Shown piece after piece: positions 41,992 to 52,279 of a stretch of DNA of 64,000 nt. The stretch is from Pseudomonadota bacterium (GTDB taxonomy: Bacteria; Pseudomonadota; Gammaproteobacteria; Burkholderiales; Methylophilaceae), in the NCBI GenBank assembly GCA_020053735.1, contig JAGVMP010000015.1, forward strand, positions 12,708-76,707, written 5' to 3'. The stretch's first letter is position 1; every line of letters starts with the position of its first letter. Made by a program: the position numbers and the translations under genes. The notes beneath the pieces were generated by a model that saw only the letters and a list, made by a program, of their open reading frames with translations, had not been told where the DNA came from and searched no databases.

Positions 41992-42672
41992 TTAATTCCC
42001 TAACAGCTCTTCTATATTTTTAACTACCGCTATTGTATTTTTTTGACAATAGCTTTGCCAGTCTTTAACTTCTGTCCAATCACTTAAAAACAAAAAATCC
42101 AGCCCTGCCTTTTTGGCAGCTTGATAATCGTATTTACTATCTCCTAAAAATAATGCGGGTAACTGAATATTACCATTGGCAATCTCACGCGCAAGTACGT
42201 CCTCCTTTTGATCTGGTCCACCAAAAATGCCCGCTTCAAATAGCTGGGCTAGGTTGTAACTATCTATATTCCGACGGGGGAAAATCCTTCTTAATTCAGC
42301 CTGATCACCTCCAGAGAGAAGCATCCATGTGGCTTGCGGCGTTGCTACTTTTAGCGCTGGTAATGCAGGTGCAATTTCACATTGCATCAAACTTTTATCT
42401 AAAATGTCTTCAAATGCTTCTAGGTATTTCTGCACTATTTCAGTTGTAATCGGTTGTTTTACAATCTCTTTTAAGTAATACTCAATTTTTCCATTACGCG
42501 GAAAACTGCCTTTGGTGACGTGGTGATGCACAAACGCTTGCGCTTCAGCATCACTACCGCCATTGCGTTTAGCCACGTCAAAGTAAGCCTGTACTTTTGC
42601 TTTGTTGCTATTAAGCACCACGCCATCGCAATCAAACACTATGGTTTTGTATTTTGCCAAATTTAAATTCAA
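41992..42672 (-). CDS. HAD-family hydrolase
   Basis: 'VFDCDGVV', 'GDSKYD'. Confidence 0.8.
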   Translation of the reverse strand: MNLNLAKYKTIVFDCDGVVLNSNKAKVQAYFDVAKRNGGSDAEAQAFVHHHVTKGSFPRNGKIEYYLKEIVKQPITTEIVQKYLEAFEDILDKSLMQCEIAPALPALKVATPQATWMLLSGGDQAELRRIFPRRNIDSYNLAQLFEAGIFGGPDQKEDVLAREIANGNIQLPALFLGDSKYDYQAAKKAGLDFLFLSDWTEVKDWQSYCQKNTIAVVKNIEELLGN

Positions 42673-42709
42673 TGCTAAATCTCAATCAATAAATGCGAGA
42701 AAAAATATC

Positions 42710-42746
42710 TGCTCTGCAAGCCAATATCCATGAGGCTTGCAGAGCA
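42710..42746. repeat. Family A palindrome (short form)
   Basis: Perfect 13-bp arms tgctctgcaagcc/ggcttgcagagca around aatatccatga. Confidence 0.9.
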
Positions 42747-42787
42747 TCAAAATGATGTTATATAAAAATCACGTTGCGTAAACAAAA

Positions 42788-42810
42788 AAAGGCTGTTATT
42801 AACAGCCTTT
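42788..42810 (-). terminator. Terminator after eda
   Basis: aaaggctgtt/aacagccttt IR with A-run (minus-strand U-tail). Confidence 0.75.
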
Positions 42811-42830
42811 ATTGTAGCTTAAAATTTAGC

Positions 42831-43457
42831 TTACGCTGGCTGAATGGCGCTCGCTTGTTTAGCCAATTTAGTAATATGCGCCCAATCTTTACGTGCCACT
42901 GCATCGGCTGGGGTCAGCCAAGTTCCACCACACACTACCACGTTGGGCAACGCCAGAAACTGTGGCGCACTTTCAACTGTGACGCCACCAGTGGGGCAAA
43001 ATTTCACATCACCAAATGGCCCTGCGAAACCTTTTAATAAGTTAATGCCACCAACTGCTACAGCTGGGAACAATTTTAAGAAGAAGTAATCATCTGCATT
43101 TGCAGTCATAATCTCACTGCCTGTTGAAACACCAGGCAACAAACTTAAGCCAATCTTGCGAGAAAATAAGCCAAGCTCACTTGTATAGCCTGGGCTTACC
43201 GCAAATTTGCAACCTACATCGAGTGAGTTTTGTGCATCTTTTAAATTGCGTACCGTGCCGCTGCCCATAATCGCATCTGGCACGTGCTTGGCAATTTGCT
43301 CCATGGCTTGTAGCGCGCAGCTTGAGCGCAGGGTGACTTCTAACACACGAATACCGCCCTCAAGCAGTGCTTCTGCCATCGGCACAGCATCTTCTACTTT
43401 GTTGATGACGATAACGGGAATGACAGGGCCCTGCTTAGCTAAATCTAATGTGTTCAT
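42831..43457 (-). CDS. eda: KDPG aldolase
   Basis: 'LEVTLR', 'GSGTV', 'KLFPA', 'FCPTGGV'. Confidence 0.96.
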   Translation of the reverse strand: MNTLDLAKQGPVIPVIVINKVEDAVPMAEALLEGGIRVLEVTLRSSCALQAMEQIAKHVPDAIMGSGTVRNLKDAQNSLDVGCKFAVSPGYTSELGLFSRKIGLSLLPGVSTGSEIMTANADDYFFLKLFPAVAVGGINLLKGFAGPFGDVKFCPTGGVTVESAPQFLALPNVVVCGGTWLTPADAVARKDWAHITKLAKQASAIQPA

Positions 43458-43514
43458 GTTTAAGTTTTTACCTAAATTAAATAGTTGGAATAATAATGAT
43501 ATTTAAATTTAAAT

Positions 43515-43542
43515 TGGATTCCCGCCTGCGCGGGAATGACGG
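43515..43542 (-). repeat. Family C single unit
   Basis: tggattcccgcctgcgcgggaatgacgg. Confidence 0.85.
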
Positions 43543-43559
43543 AATGAGAAATACTTGAA

Positions 43560-43661
43560 TTCGGTTTCAAAACACATTGAGACGAGGCATTTGGCCGTAG
43601 ACAGTACGTTTTTGTACGGCAAGGCCAAATAACAAAGTATCAATGTTGTTTTCAAACCGAA
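43560..43661 (+). repeat. Family B repeat with long imperfect terminal IR
   Basis: ttcggtttcaaaacacattga..gacgaggc..gtagacagtac..gtacg..acaaagta..tcaatgttgttttcaaaccgaa. Confidence 0.8.
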
Positions 43662-45476
43662 CTACAGCCAAGTGATGGCGCCTTCTTCGGCTGACAGTAC
43701 GTTGCGCCGCATCCCTCCAAACAACTCACGCCCTAAACCATGCGAGTTATTTTGACGCTTAATGTCAGAAAGCTCTTCTACTTCACGCTCGGCCCATTCA
43801 TCTTCATCTACCAGCACATTCACCATACCTACCGTGGCGTTTAAACGAATAATGTCGCCAGTTCTTACCTTAGCTAACGGGCCGCCTGCAGAGGCTTCTG
43901 GCGTTAAATGAATCGCTGCTGGAATTTTACCTGAAGCGCCGCTCATACGACCATCGGTGACTATCGCCACCATAAAGCCTTTATTTTGTAATACAGCAAG
44001 AGGTGGCGTGAGTTTATGTAACTCTGGCATGCCGTTGGCTTTTGGACCCTGGAAACGCACCACAGCCACAAAATCGCGCTCTAGCTCACCGCGGTCAAAC
44101 GCCTCTAATAGCTCTTCTTGTGCGTCGAACACTATCGCAGGAGCTTCGATAATGTGCCTATCTTCTGGCACCGCAGAAATTTTAATGACACTACGACCTA
44201 AGTTGCCTTTAAGCAAGCGTAGACCACCGGATTCGTTAAATGGAAAAGCTGCTGTGCGCACGATGGTTTCATCTGTACTTTCTTTTGGCAAGTCTTTCCA
44301 AACCAATGTGTTATTTTCATTCACTGGCAATTTGCCGTAATCGCGCAAGCCACCATAGGCTACGGTAAATACATCTGGATACATATAACCTGCATCGATG
44401 AGCTCACGAATCACAAATGCTGGTCCACCTGCCGCCTGAAATTCATTCACATCTGCTTTGCCATTTGGATAAACGCTTGCCAACAATGGCGTTGTTTTAG
44501 CCAAGTGATAGAAATCTGTCCAATCAATCATAATGCCAGCCGCGCGCGCCACTGCCACCCAATGAATGAGGTGATTTGTAGAGCCGCCCGTTGCTAGTAG
44601 CGCCACCATGGCATTCACAATCACGTGTTCATCCACCAGCTTACCAATAGGTGTAAACTGCGCTTGCTTGGTATTTGCCAGCACCATTTTCACAGCTTCT
44701 CGTGTCAGCAGTTCGCGCAAGCCATCATGTGGATGCACAAATGCCGCACCTGGCACATGCAAGCCCATCGCTTCTAGCAGCATTTGGTTACTATTGGCGG
44801 TGCCATAAAAAGTACAAGTGCCCGCGCCATGATAAGCGGCAGATTCACTGGCTAACAACTCATCGCGACCAACTAGGCCTTGCGCATATTTTTCGCGCAC
44901 TTTGCTTTTTGCTGTGTTATCTAAGCCAGTAGACATCGGCCCAGCGGGCACAAACACGCAGGGCAAATGGCCAAAATGCAATGCACCTATTAACAAACCT
45001 GGCACGATTTTATCGCACACACCTAGCAACAAGGCAGCGTCAAACACATCATGCGAAAGCGCAATAGCAGTGCCCATGGCAATATTATCGCGGCTAAACA
45101 GTGACATTTCCATGCCTGGCTCGCCTTGCGTAATCCCATCACACATCGCTGGTACGCCGCCTGCCACTTGCACGGTGGCACCGTGTTTGTGTGCTTCATC
45201 GCGTAAAATTTCTGGATAATTAGCATATGGCTGATGCGCAGAAAGCATCTCGTTATAAGCAGTCACAATGCCAATATTGGTGGCTTTTTCTGCAAAAATA
45301 CGTAATTTATCACTGGCTGGCATGGCGGCAAACGCATGTGCCACATTGGCGCAGCCCAAACGATCAGCACCCTTTTTACGATTCAGCATCGCATCTACAC
45401 GATGCAGATAAGCACTGCGTGTTGGGCGACTTTTTTCGATGATGCGTTCGGTGACTTCTACGTGTGATTGTTTCAT
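43662..45476 (-). CDS. edd: 6-phosphogluconate dehydratase
   Basis: 'CANVAHAFA', 'MLSAHQPY', 'AMCDGITQG', '[11 protein letters not shown]', '[10 protein letters not shown]'. Confidence 0.97.
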   Translation of the reverse strand: MKQSHVEVTERIIEKSRPTRSAYLHRVDAMLNRKKGADRLGCANVAHAFAAMPASDKLRIFAEKATNIGIVTAYNEMLSAHQPYANYPEILRDEAHKHGATVQVAGGVPAMCDGITQGEPGMEMSLFSRDNIAMGTAIALSHDVFDAALLLGVCDKIVPGLLIGALHFGHLPCVFVPAGPMSTGLDNTAKSKVREKYAQGLVGRDELLASESAAYHGAGTCTFYGTANSNQMLLEAMGLHVPGAAFVHPHDGLRELLTREAVKMVLANTKQAQFTPIGKLVDEHVIVNAMVALLATGGSTNHLIHWVAVARAAGIMIDWTDFYHLAKTTPLLASVYPNGKADVNEFQAAGGPAFVIRELIDAGYMYPDVFTVAYGGLRDYGKLPVNENNTLVWKDLPKESTDETIVRTAAFPFNESGGLRLLKGNLGRSVIKISAVPEDRHIIEAPAIVFDAQEELLEAFDRGELERDFVAVVRFQGPKANGMPELHKLTPPLAVLQNKGFMVAIVTDGRMSGASGKIPAAIHLTPEASAGGPLAKVRTGDIIRLNATVGMVNVLVDEDEWAEREVEELSDIKRQNNSHGLGRELFGGMRRNVLSAEEGAITWL

Positions 45477-45593
45477 AAGGGTATCTTCAAAAATCTACTG
45501 CCTAAAATAAACTGCACTAGCCTGATTATCGCTAAATACGGGGCATCCGTCAATTTAAACACCACTAAGATGTATGTAGATTTATTAACATAT

Positions 45594-45632
45594 CATGCCT
45601 GCAAACCGCATGGATATTGGCTTGCAGGCATG
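45594..45632. repeat. Family A palindrome (short form)
   Basis: catgcctgcaaacc-gcatggatatt-ggcttgcaggcatg. Confidence 0.9.
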
Positions 45633-45665
45633 CTATTTTAATAATTTGATGTTTTATTTTAGTGG

Positions 45666-47384
45666 TTATTTTTTAGTCACCAGTATGTCTTCAAGCATGA
45701 GATACTCTAAATCACAGCCGTAAAACATATTCAGCGCATCGGTCGGGCTACAAATCATGGGCTCACCGCGACGATTGAGGGAAGTATTCAGTACCACTGC
45801 GTTGCCGCGCAATTTCTCTAAATGCTCAATCAATTCGTAATAACGCGGATTGGTCTCACGTGTCACCACTTGCGCACGCGCCGTGCCATCTTCATGTACC
45901 ACTTCAGGGATACGCGAATTCCACGCGGGGTTTACATCAAATGTAAACGTCATATAGGGTGCAGGATGATTCGTTTGCAGAATATCCTCCGCCACCGTAT
46001 CTAACATACTCGGGCAGAATGGACGCCAGCGTTCACGGTATTTAATTTGTGCGTTAATGCGATCCGCCACACCAGCGTAACTCGGGTCACCCAAAATACT
46101 GCGGCAGCCAAGTGAGCGCGGGCCAAACTCCATGCGGCCTTGAAACCATGCTAGCGGATTGCCAGCAGCTAACAATTCAGCCGCTTTTTGTGGGAAATTT
46201 TCAACTTTTGTGAAAATTGGCTTATTCGGGTGCGCCTCGCACGCAGCCACACATTCGGCACTGGTAAAACTGGGGCCAAGGTAAGCATGTTGCATCTTGT
46301 AGATAGTTTCACCTTCCAGATGCGCAGCATAAGTCGCCGCACCTAAGCTGGTGCCGTTGTCACCAGACGCGGGCTGCACGAACAGTTCTTTGACATGCGG
46401 CATGGCGATAATACGTTGATTTAATTTAACATTCAGTGCAACACCGCCCGCCATCGCCACTTTGCCCGTTTCCTTAATGATATCACCCAAATAATAGGCT
46501 ATCATTTGCAGGGCTAAATCTTCCAGCAGCTTTTGCACACTGGCAGCATAGTGAATATACGGGTCATCAATCTCATCGCCGCTACGTTTTGGCCCCAGCC
46601 AGTCGATGAGTTTTTGCGTAAAGTAAAAACCTTTACCGTCTTCTTTATAGCGCCGCAAACCAACTACATTGACATAGTCGGTATTGACAATCAGTTCGCC
46701 GTTTTCAAACTTAGCCAAACGGCTAAAATCGTATTTGCTAGCGTCGCCAAAAGGCGCCATGCCCATTACTTTAAATTCGCCATCCAGCATATCAAAACCC
46801 AAAAACTCGGTAAGGGCGCCGTATAAGCCGCCTAATGAATCAGGGTCGTAAAACTCTTTAATTTTGTGGATTTTGCCATGCTCGCCATAGCCAAAAAAGG
46901 TGGTCGCGTATTCGCCTTTACCATCGATACCAACGATGGCCGTTTTTTCAGTAAATCCGCTTAAATGATATGCGCTAGAGGCATGCGCTAAGTGATGCTC
47001 AACCGGTACGAACTTGGCCTTAGTTAAGCCTAGATCTTGCATCAATTTTAATGATTTATCACGGTTGCGGCGAAAGCGCCGATTACCATTAAATATGGCG
47101 TCTAAAGCGCGATCTGGCGCATACCAATAACGTTTGGCATAATGCCAGCGCGCGCTGGTCGAAAGTGGAATTTCCGCATACGGAAATGCGACAATATCAA
47201 CATCTTCTGGCTTAACACCCGCTTGTTTTAGACAGAATTGAGCGGCTTCATAAGGGAATTTATTTTTGGCGTGTTTGTCGCGAATAAAGCGCTCTTCTTC
47301 CGCCGCTGCAATAATTTTTCCATCAATTAAAATTGCGGCCGAGGCATCATGCCCCAACGCGCCCGAAAGACCTAATGTAATCAT
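45666..47384 (-). CDS. Carbamoyltransferase (NodU/CmcH family)
   Basis: 'HDASAA', 'EEERF', 'EHHLAHASSAY', 'GGVALN', 'EFGPRSLG.RSIL', 'LNTSLN'; start at MITLG (47384). Confidence 0.92.
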   Translation of the reverse strand: MITLGLSGALGHDASAAILIDGKIIAAAEEERFIRDKHAKNKFPYEAAQFCLKQAGVKPEDVDIVAFPYAEIPLSTSARWHYAKRYWYAPDRALDAIFNGNRRFRRNRDKSLKLMQDLGLTKAKFVPVEHHLAHASSAYHLSGFTEKTAIVGIDGKGEYATTFFGYGEHGKIHKIKEFYDPDSLGGLYGALTEFLGFDMLDGEFKVMGMAPFGDASKYDFSRLAKFENGELIVNTDYVNVVGLRRYKEDGKGFYFTQKLIDWLGPKRSGDEIDDPYIHYAASVQKLLEDLALQMIAYYLGDIIKETGKVAMAGGVALNVKLNQRIIAMPHVKELFVQPASGDNGTSLGAATYAAHLEGETIYKMQHAYLGPSFTSAECVAACEAHPNKPIFTKVENFPQKAAELLAAGNPLAWFQGRMEFGPRSLGCRSILGDPSYAGVADRINAQIKYRERWRPFCPSMLDTVAEDILQTNHPAPYMTFTFDVNPAWNSRIPEVVHEDGTARAQVVTRETNPRYYELIEHLEKLRGNAVVLNTSLNRRGEPMICSPTDALNMFYGCDLEYLMLEDILVTKK

Positions 47385-47394
47385 CCTAATACAC

Positions 47395-48927
47395 TCATTC
47401 ACTCATCTCTTTATTAGCATAGATCCCCGCTTTAATTAAAATTGCGGGGTCGGGATAAATCACTTTAAATGTTTTCACGAACGCATTATACAGGGCTGGC
47501 TCATTCTGCCAATTTTGCATAAAACGATGCAAATCTTTTAAATGCGCAACACTGCTGGTGAAATGAGTGCGGTGTTGGCGCATGCTATCTAAATCTATCA
47601 GCAATGGCTGCGCACCTTGCATTTTGATGTTGGTGGCTTTCATATCGCCATGCGAAATATGCAGCAGATAAAGTTTGTAAAAAAGCGTTGCAATATTTTT
47701 TACTGCCTCAGCGCGCTGGGATTTATTTTGTGTTTGAGCAAAATATTGGGCAACATCGGGTGCATCAGTATATTCTGCTAAAAAATAAGCTTTGCCTCTA
47801 AACACTCCCAAACTACGATGCTCGATGAGCGCAATTGGCTTTGCTGTTGCAATCTTCAATATTTTAAGCCGATGTGCATTCGCCCATGACGCCGCAGCAC
47901 GGCTTTGACGAAAGGCGCGACTGATGCCATGCCAAAAGTTTTTGATGTTATAGCGCTTAATGACTATCTTTTTATCATCCATTTCTACAAGCGCGACTGT
48001 GCAAGTGTTGCTATTTTTAAGTAGATTCTGAGTACCAATTAACGCATCTAAATCCTCAGTAAAGTCGGTATTTTCCGCATCGCTGGAAGCCAATATCCAT
48101 GCGCCTTTCATGCATGAATAACCAGCTTTAGCTGGTATATTCTGCGGGGACGACCCCTGCGGTTGCAGAGCATACTTTTTCACATCTGTGCACTGCCGAA
48201 AAACTTTTTTATCTGCATAGGCAGATGCTGCCTTGATACGATGTCGCTCAGATAAACGGCTGATATCTGAAGCTACAAGCTCAACACTAGGGTTCGCCAT
48301 GTGATATTGCATTAAAAGTTTAGGCATCCATGCTAAAACCTCGAGCACATCAAATTTGGACAAAAGAACGGCAAAATTTGATGAAGCTTGTTGGTAAGAA
48401 ATAACATCGTATTGGCGAATACCATCGCCATCAATGCTATAAAGTTGCTGACCATCAAACAAAAAGTTTTTAAGATATAAATCTGTTTGCATTAAACGCG
48501 CATGGTGATGCTGACCAAGCGTCTGAGCAAGCATAGAGGCCAACTCTAATCGTTGTGACGCATTACGCTGCACCCATACTGATTCGACATTCTGACTATG
48601 AGGGATAGCTTCAAATATCAATATTTCTGTATCATCAAGCGTGTCAATAAGCAATAATTTTGAAGTGGCGATACTTGCGGCAATGAGTGCGTCCACACCT
48701 TGTTTATCTCTTTGTGCATAGCGCTTAGCGCCATTGCCAATAAACAACTTAGCATACACCGCCTGCCCTTTCCAAACACCTCGGCACACCAAACGCTTAT
48801 TGGCTACTCGACGTACCACTTGCTCCACTATAAGCGCGTCACCATTACTTAGCCAAAGCGAAAATGTTTGATTCTCATCATTTGATAACGCAGACAAATT
48901 GTTTAGCAAAGCGAATTGATCTGCCAT
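47395..48927 (-). CDS. Two-domain LPS kinase (Kdo/WaaP family)
   Basis: Two kinase-like halves ('QTDLYLKNFL..IDGD' and 'HGDMKATNI..IDLD'); start MADQ overlaps upstream stop (TAATG). Confidence 0.8.
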   Translation of the reverse strand: MADQFALLNNLSALSNDENQTFSLWLSNGDALIVEQVVRRVANKRLVCRGVWKGQAVYAKLFIGNGAKRYAQRDKQGVDALIAASIATSKLLLIDTLDDTEILIFEAIPHSQNVESVWVQRNASQRLELASMLAQTLGQHHHARLMQTDLYLKNFLFDGQQLYSIDGDGIRQYDVISYQQASSNFAVLLSKFDVLEVLAWMPKLLMQYHMANPSVELVASDISRLSERHRIKAASAYADKKVFRQCTDVKKYALQPQGSSPQNIPAKAGYSCMKGAWILASSDAENTDFTEDLDALIGTQNLLKNSNTCTVALVEMDDKKIVIKRYNIKNFWHGISRAFRQSRAAASWANAHRLKILKIATAKPIALIEHRSLGVFRGKAYFLAEYTDAPDVAQYFAQTQNKSQRAEAVKNIATLFYKLYLLHISHGDMKATNIKMQGAQPLLIDLDSMRQHRTHFTSSVAHLKDLHRFMQNWQNEPALYNAFVKTFKVIYPDPAILIKAGIYANKEMSE

Positions 48928-50471
48928 TACTTGGATACTATCTTCCATAATGCCCAGCGGCCAATTTGCTTTTCCTGCATCACAACTCCATTTTCTAGTA
49001 CGGGCTTATCTTTGCTCAATAGCCATAATGTTTTATTTACCACCAATAACTGTTCTAGCTGCTTCCCACCCAAAGGCTGGATGGGGCGATTAGCATAAAA
49101 TGACACTGCCCCATCTCCAGGCTTGGCTTGATATAAAGGCTTAGCTTGATAGAGCGCTTGAGACGAAGTTGAATCAATAGCAACTGATTGCACTAGCTGC
49201 TTAATGTCGTCTTTTTCTGTGTCTTTAGTGATGTACTGCTCCGCAAATAAATAAATAAACGTTGCAAATACTGCCGCTAATAAAACAGGTGTCTGAGGAG
49301 CGGGAATATTCAACTCACGTTTTAACAACCAAGGACCAAGCAATAATAAGGGCCAAATCAGAACGGTTGGCAAGCTCAACACATGCGTCAAGCCTTGCTT
49401 ACGTATTCCGACCACAAACAACGCAATCACAGCAATCGCTAATAAGCAAAAAATGACGCGGTTAAATTGATAAAACCTGCCTTGCGCCACTTGTAAATAA
49501 TAGCCGATAAGAATCGCAATCGATGGTAAAAAAAGTAAGGCATATTGCGTTTGTTTGTTAACAGTAAACGTGAGCAACACGAATACGACTAGCAACCAAA
49601 TAATAGAGAAATGCACAACCTTAGGTAACGGTCGATGTTGATACAACCATATACCCGCAGGGACCAACAGCAAACTCCATGGTGCAAAAAACTCTACAGC
49701 ATGCGCTAAATACCAGTAAATCGGCTGCTGATGTGTGCCAGATACAAACGTTTCATCTACCTGACGCGATACAAATTGTTGCGCCACATCTGGCATACTG
49801 ATTAAAATCCATGCATACCATGCAAATGCGCTGACTAAAAAAATCATTATCCCAGTTGGGTTAATGATTGCTTTAACCGTGTGCAATTGTTTAGTCGCAA
49901 ACGCGTAACCCAACACAGTCATTAATGGAATGGCAATGCCCGCAGGGCCTTTTGTCAAAAAACCAAGCCCTAATGCCAGCATGAACAAATAAACTGTTTT
50001 TTTGTTTGGTGACTCAAAAAGCTTGAACCCAGCAAAGCAAGCTAGAGAGACAAAAAACAATAACGTAGCATCCGCCTCAGCACTTCTAAAATAGCGCATC
50101 CCTAAGAAGCTTGTACACATCACCAACACAGCATTCGCTGCGGCTTGAATATTTAAGGTATCTTTTAACCAAATAAACAACAAGCAAGCTGAAAGTAATG
50201 CAAACAAAAGAGAAGGCACGCGTGCTGCCGCCTCACTCACACCAAATAATTTATAGCTAAGCGCAGTCGTCCAATAGGTCAACGGCGGTTTTTGTAAGCG
50301 TAGCTCGCCATTATAGTGTGGCACCACCCAATCATTACGCACCACCATTTCACGTGCGGTCTCAGCTATTCGAGCCTCTTGTATTTTATCAATAGCGCGA
50401 CCCGCTGAGCCAAACAACAAACCAATCAATATAACACTTAACAATCCGACGCTAATTTTCAGCATATACAC
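48927..50471 (-). CDS. Second ArnT-like GT-C glycosyltransferase
   Basis: 'QEARIAETAREM', 'KPPLTYW', 'ARVPS', 'LTKGP'. Confidence 0.85.
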   Translation of the reverse strand: MYMLKISVGLLSVILIGLLFGSAGRAIDKIQEARIAETAREMVVRNDWVVPHYNGELRLQKPPLTYWTTALSYKLFGVSEAAARVPSLLFALLSACLLFIWLKDTLNIQAAANAVLVMCTSFLGMRYFRSAEADATLLFFVSLACFAGFKLFESPNKKTVYLFMLALGLGFLTKGPAGIAIPLMTVLGYAFATKQLHTVKAIINPTGIMIFLVSAFAWYAWILISMPDVAQQFVSRQVDETFVSGTHQQPIYWYLAHAVEFFAPWSLLLVPAGIWLYQHRPLPKVVHFSIIWLLVVFVLLTFTVNKQTQYALLFLPSIAILIGYYLQVAQGRFYQFNRVIFCLLAIAVIALFVVGIRKQGLTHVLSLPTVLIWPLLLLGPWLLKRELNIPAPQTPVLLAAVFATFIYLFAEQYITKDTEKDDIKQLVQSVAIDSTSSQALYQAKPLYQAKPGDGAVSFYANRPIQPLGGKQLEQLLVVNKTLWLLSKDKPVLENGVVMQEKQIGRWALWKIVSK

Positions 50472-50560
50472 TCACTTATTTTCAACCTCACATCACAGAT
50501 TATATCAGCCCAGCCGAGGCTAGTCGCTAAGTATGGATGCGCTATGTTATGATTTTATAT

Positions 50561-51430
50561 ATGTTACAAGTCATTTTTAAGCCTCTTAAATACCTATCTC
50601 TAAAGACTATCCATCAATACGGAACGCTTATTGGTCAGTTAGTGTTTTTATTATCTCCACAAATAAAACATCTGGCTTATAACAACTTAAAGCAAAGCAG
50701 CCTGATTAATCAAAAAATGGACTTAAACAAAACAATCCAAATCAACGCTAGGGAATTTGGTAAGTCCATTGTAGAAAGTTTGGCAATGTGGCAAAAAAGT
50801 GAATCTGAGCTGATCTCTTTGGTAAAAAGCTGTTCAAACTGGCATATAGTTGAAGAGGCCTTAAATAAAGGCAAGGGGATTATTTTTCTTACGCCTCATT
50901 TAGGCTGCTTTGAAATTACTTCTATTTATTACGGCAATCAGCACCCCATTACTGTGTTATATCGTCCGCCAAAAATCAAGTGGTTAGAGCGCCTTATTCT
51001 TAATGGCCGTGAGCGCACTGGCGTGACGCTAGCAGCCGCCAATGCCAGTGGTGTGCGTAAACTATTGCAAGCACTAAAACGTGGTGAAGCGATTGGTATT
51101 TTGCCCGACCAGATCCCCGCAGCAGGGGAAGGCGAATGGGCAGATTTTTTTGGCAAACCTGCCTATACTATGAGTTTAGCCAGTAAGCTGGCAGAGAAAA
51201 CGGGTGCAACTGTGATTATGGGCTTTGGCGAGCGCTTAGCACACGGTGCAGGCTACGCGCTGCATTTAAGGAAAATAGACAGCATTGCCACGCCCGCCTT
51301 GCTGAATAAAGCGATTGAACAACAAATTGCCCAAAAACCTAGCCAATATTTGTGGAGTTACAACCGTTACAAAGTGAGAGGCCACGCACTTAAAAAACAT
51401 ACACTTAAAAAAACTCAGCAAGATAATTAG
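50561..51430 (+). CDS. lpxL: Lipid A late acyltransferase (LpxL/HtrB family)
   Basis: 'LTPHLGCFE', 'ILPDQ', 'FFGKPA', 'QYLWSYNRYK'; exact start uncertain (50537-50561). Confidence 0.75.
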   Translation: MLQVIFKPLKYLSLKTIHQYGTLIGQLVFLLSPQIKHLAYNNLKQSSLINQKMDLNKTIQINAREFGKSIVESLAMWQKSESELISLVKSCSNWHIVEEALNKGKGIIFLTPHLGCFEITSIYYGNQHPITVLYRPPKIKWLERLILNGRERTGVTLAAANASGVRKLLQALKRGEAIGILPDQIPAAGEGEWADFFGKPAYTMSLASKLAEKTGATVIMGFGERLAHGAGYALHLRKIDSIATPALLNKAIEQQIAQKPSQYLWSYNRYKVRGHALKKHTLKKTQQDN

Positions 51431-51448
51431 CTGGCTGTAGTAATAAGT

Positions 51449-52279
51449 CTAGTTAATTGCAGATTTTTCTTTGGCTAAACGCTGTTGAAATTTTGTGCTG
51501 TTAAACTTGGCAAATAACTTGTTCGCACGCGCCTCCACTTTTGCCCAAAAAGCAGCTGTTTGTGGTAAATAATGTTGCTTGAATATGCCTAAATCTTGGG
51601 CACCTAGATCTTGCGCACATAGGCCATTTTGCAACATCGAGAAATATAAACCGGCAATGTCTTTCATCACGGCATCACCATTCGGTGACTGATTTTGCAG
51701 CATGCGATGCAAATCGATTAAGTGCAAATCGTAATGATTGGCTGCAGCGTTTTGACGGCTTAGCACAAAATGGCATAGATAAAAATCGCGGTGACACAAA
51801 CCAGCACTGTGTAGTTTGCTGGCAATGTCAGCCACAGCCGTCTGCATTAAGCGTTTAGAATCTTCAAGCATAGGGTAAGACTGGCTATCCATCAGCATTT
51901 CTTCTAACGAGACAATGTCGCCCAAATCTTCCGTTAACACAAAAGATTGCATAGTTGCAGGGTTGCAACCGCGTTGGCCATAAGCCACCAATGGCGTGCT
52001 AGCAATACCTATCTCACTTAACTTTTGTAATGCGCGTACTTCAGTCATGGCGCCTAAAATCGGCAGTTTTAAGCTCAGCAGATTTTTAAAAACCTCACCC
52101 CAACCCACGCCAAAATGCTGTTTGATGAAGTAATATTTTCCGCCAAGCTCGGTACGCATGGTCTTGCGACCAGGTACATCGCGAAATGCCTTGCCTTGCA
52201 ACTGCATGCAAGCTTCAAACACATCGCCTTTTAGATGCGCTGAAATAGCTTCTGGCACATAAAGCACTTGCTTAACCAT
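51449..52279 (-). CDS. waaP: LPS core heptose kinase
   Basis: 'YFIKQH', 'CHRDFYLCHF', 'LIDLHR', 'KDIAGLYFS'; directly after waaG. Confidence 0.85.
   Translation of the reverse strand: MVKQVLYVPEAISAHLKGDVFEACMQLQGKAFRDVPGRKTMRTELGGKYYFIKQHFGVGWGEVFKNLLSLKLPILGAMTEVRALQKLSEIGIASTPLVAYGQRGCNPATMQSFVLTEDLGDIVSLEEMLMDSQSYPMLEDSKRLMQTAVADIASKLHSAGLCHRDFYLCHFVLSRQNAAANHYDLHLIDLHRMLQNQSPNGDAVMKDIAGLYFSMLQNGLCAQDLGAQDLGIFKQHYLPQTAAFWAKVEARANKLFAKFNSTKFQQRLAKEKSAIN

Noticed and set aside
49800-49830. 'AWIL' peptide in the second ArnT-like gene as a family A copy
   Set aside because: The DNA match is limited to gcatggat with no stem arms; it fits an ordinary TM helix
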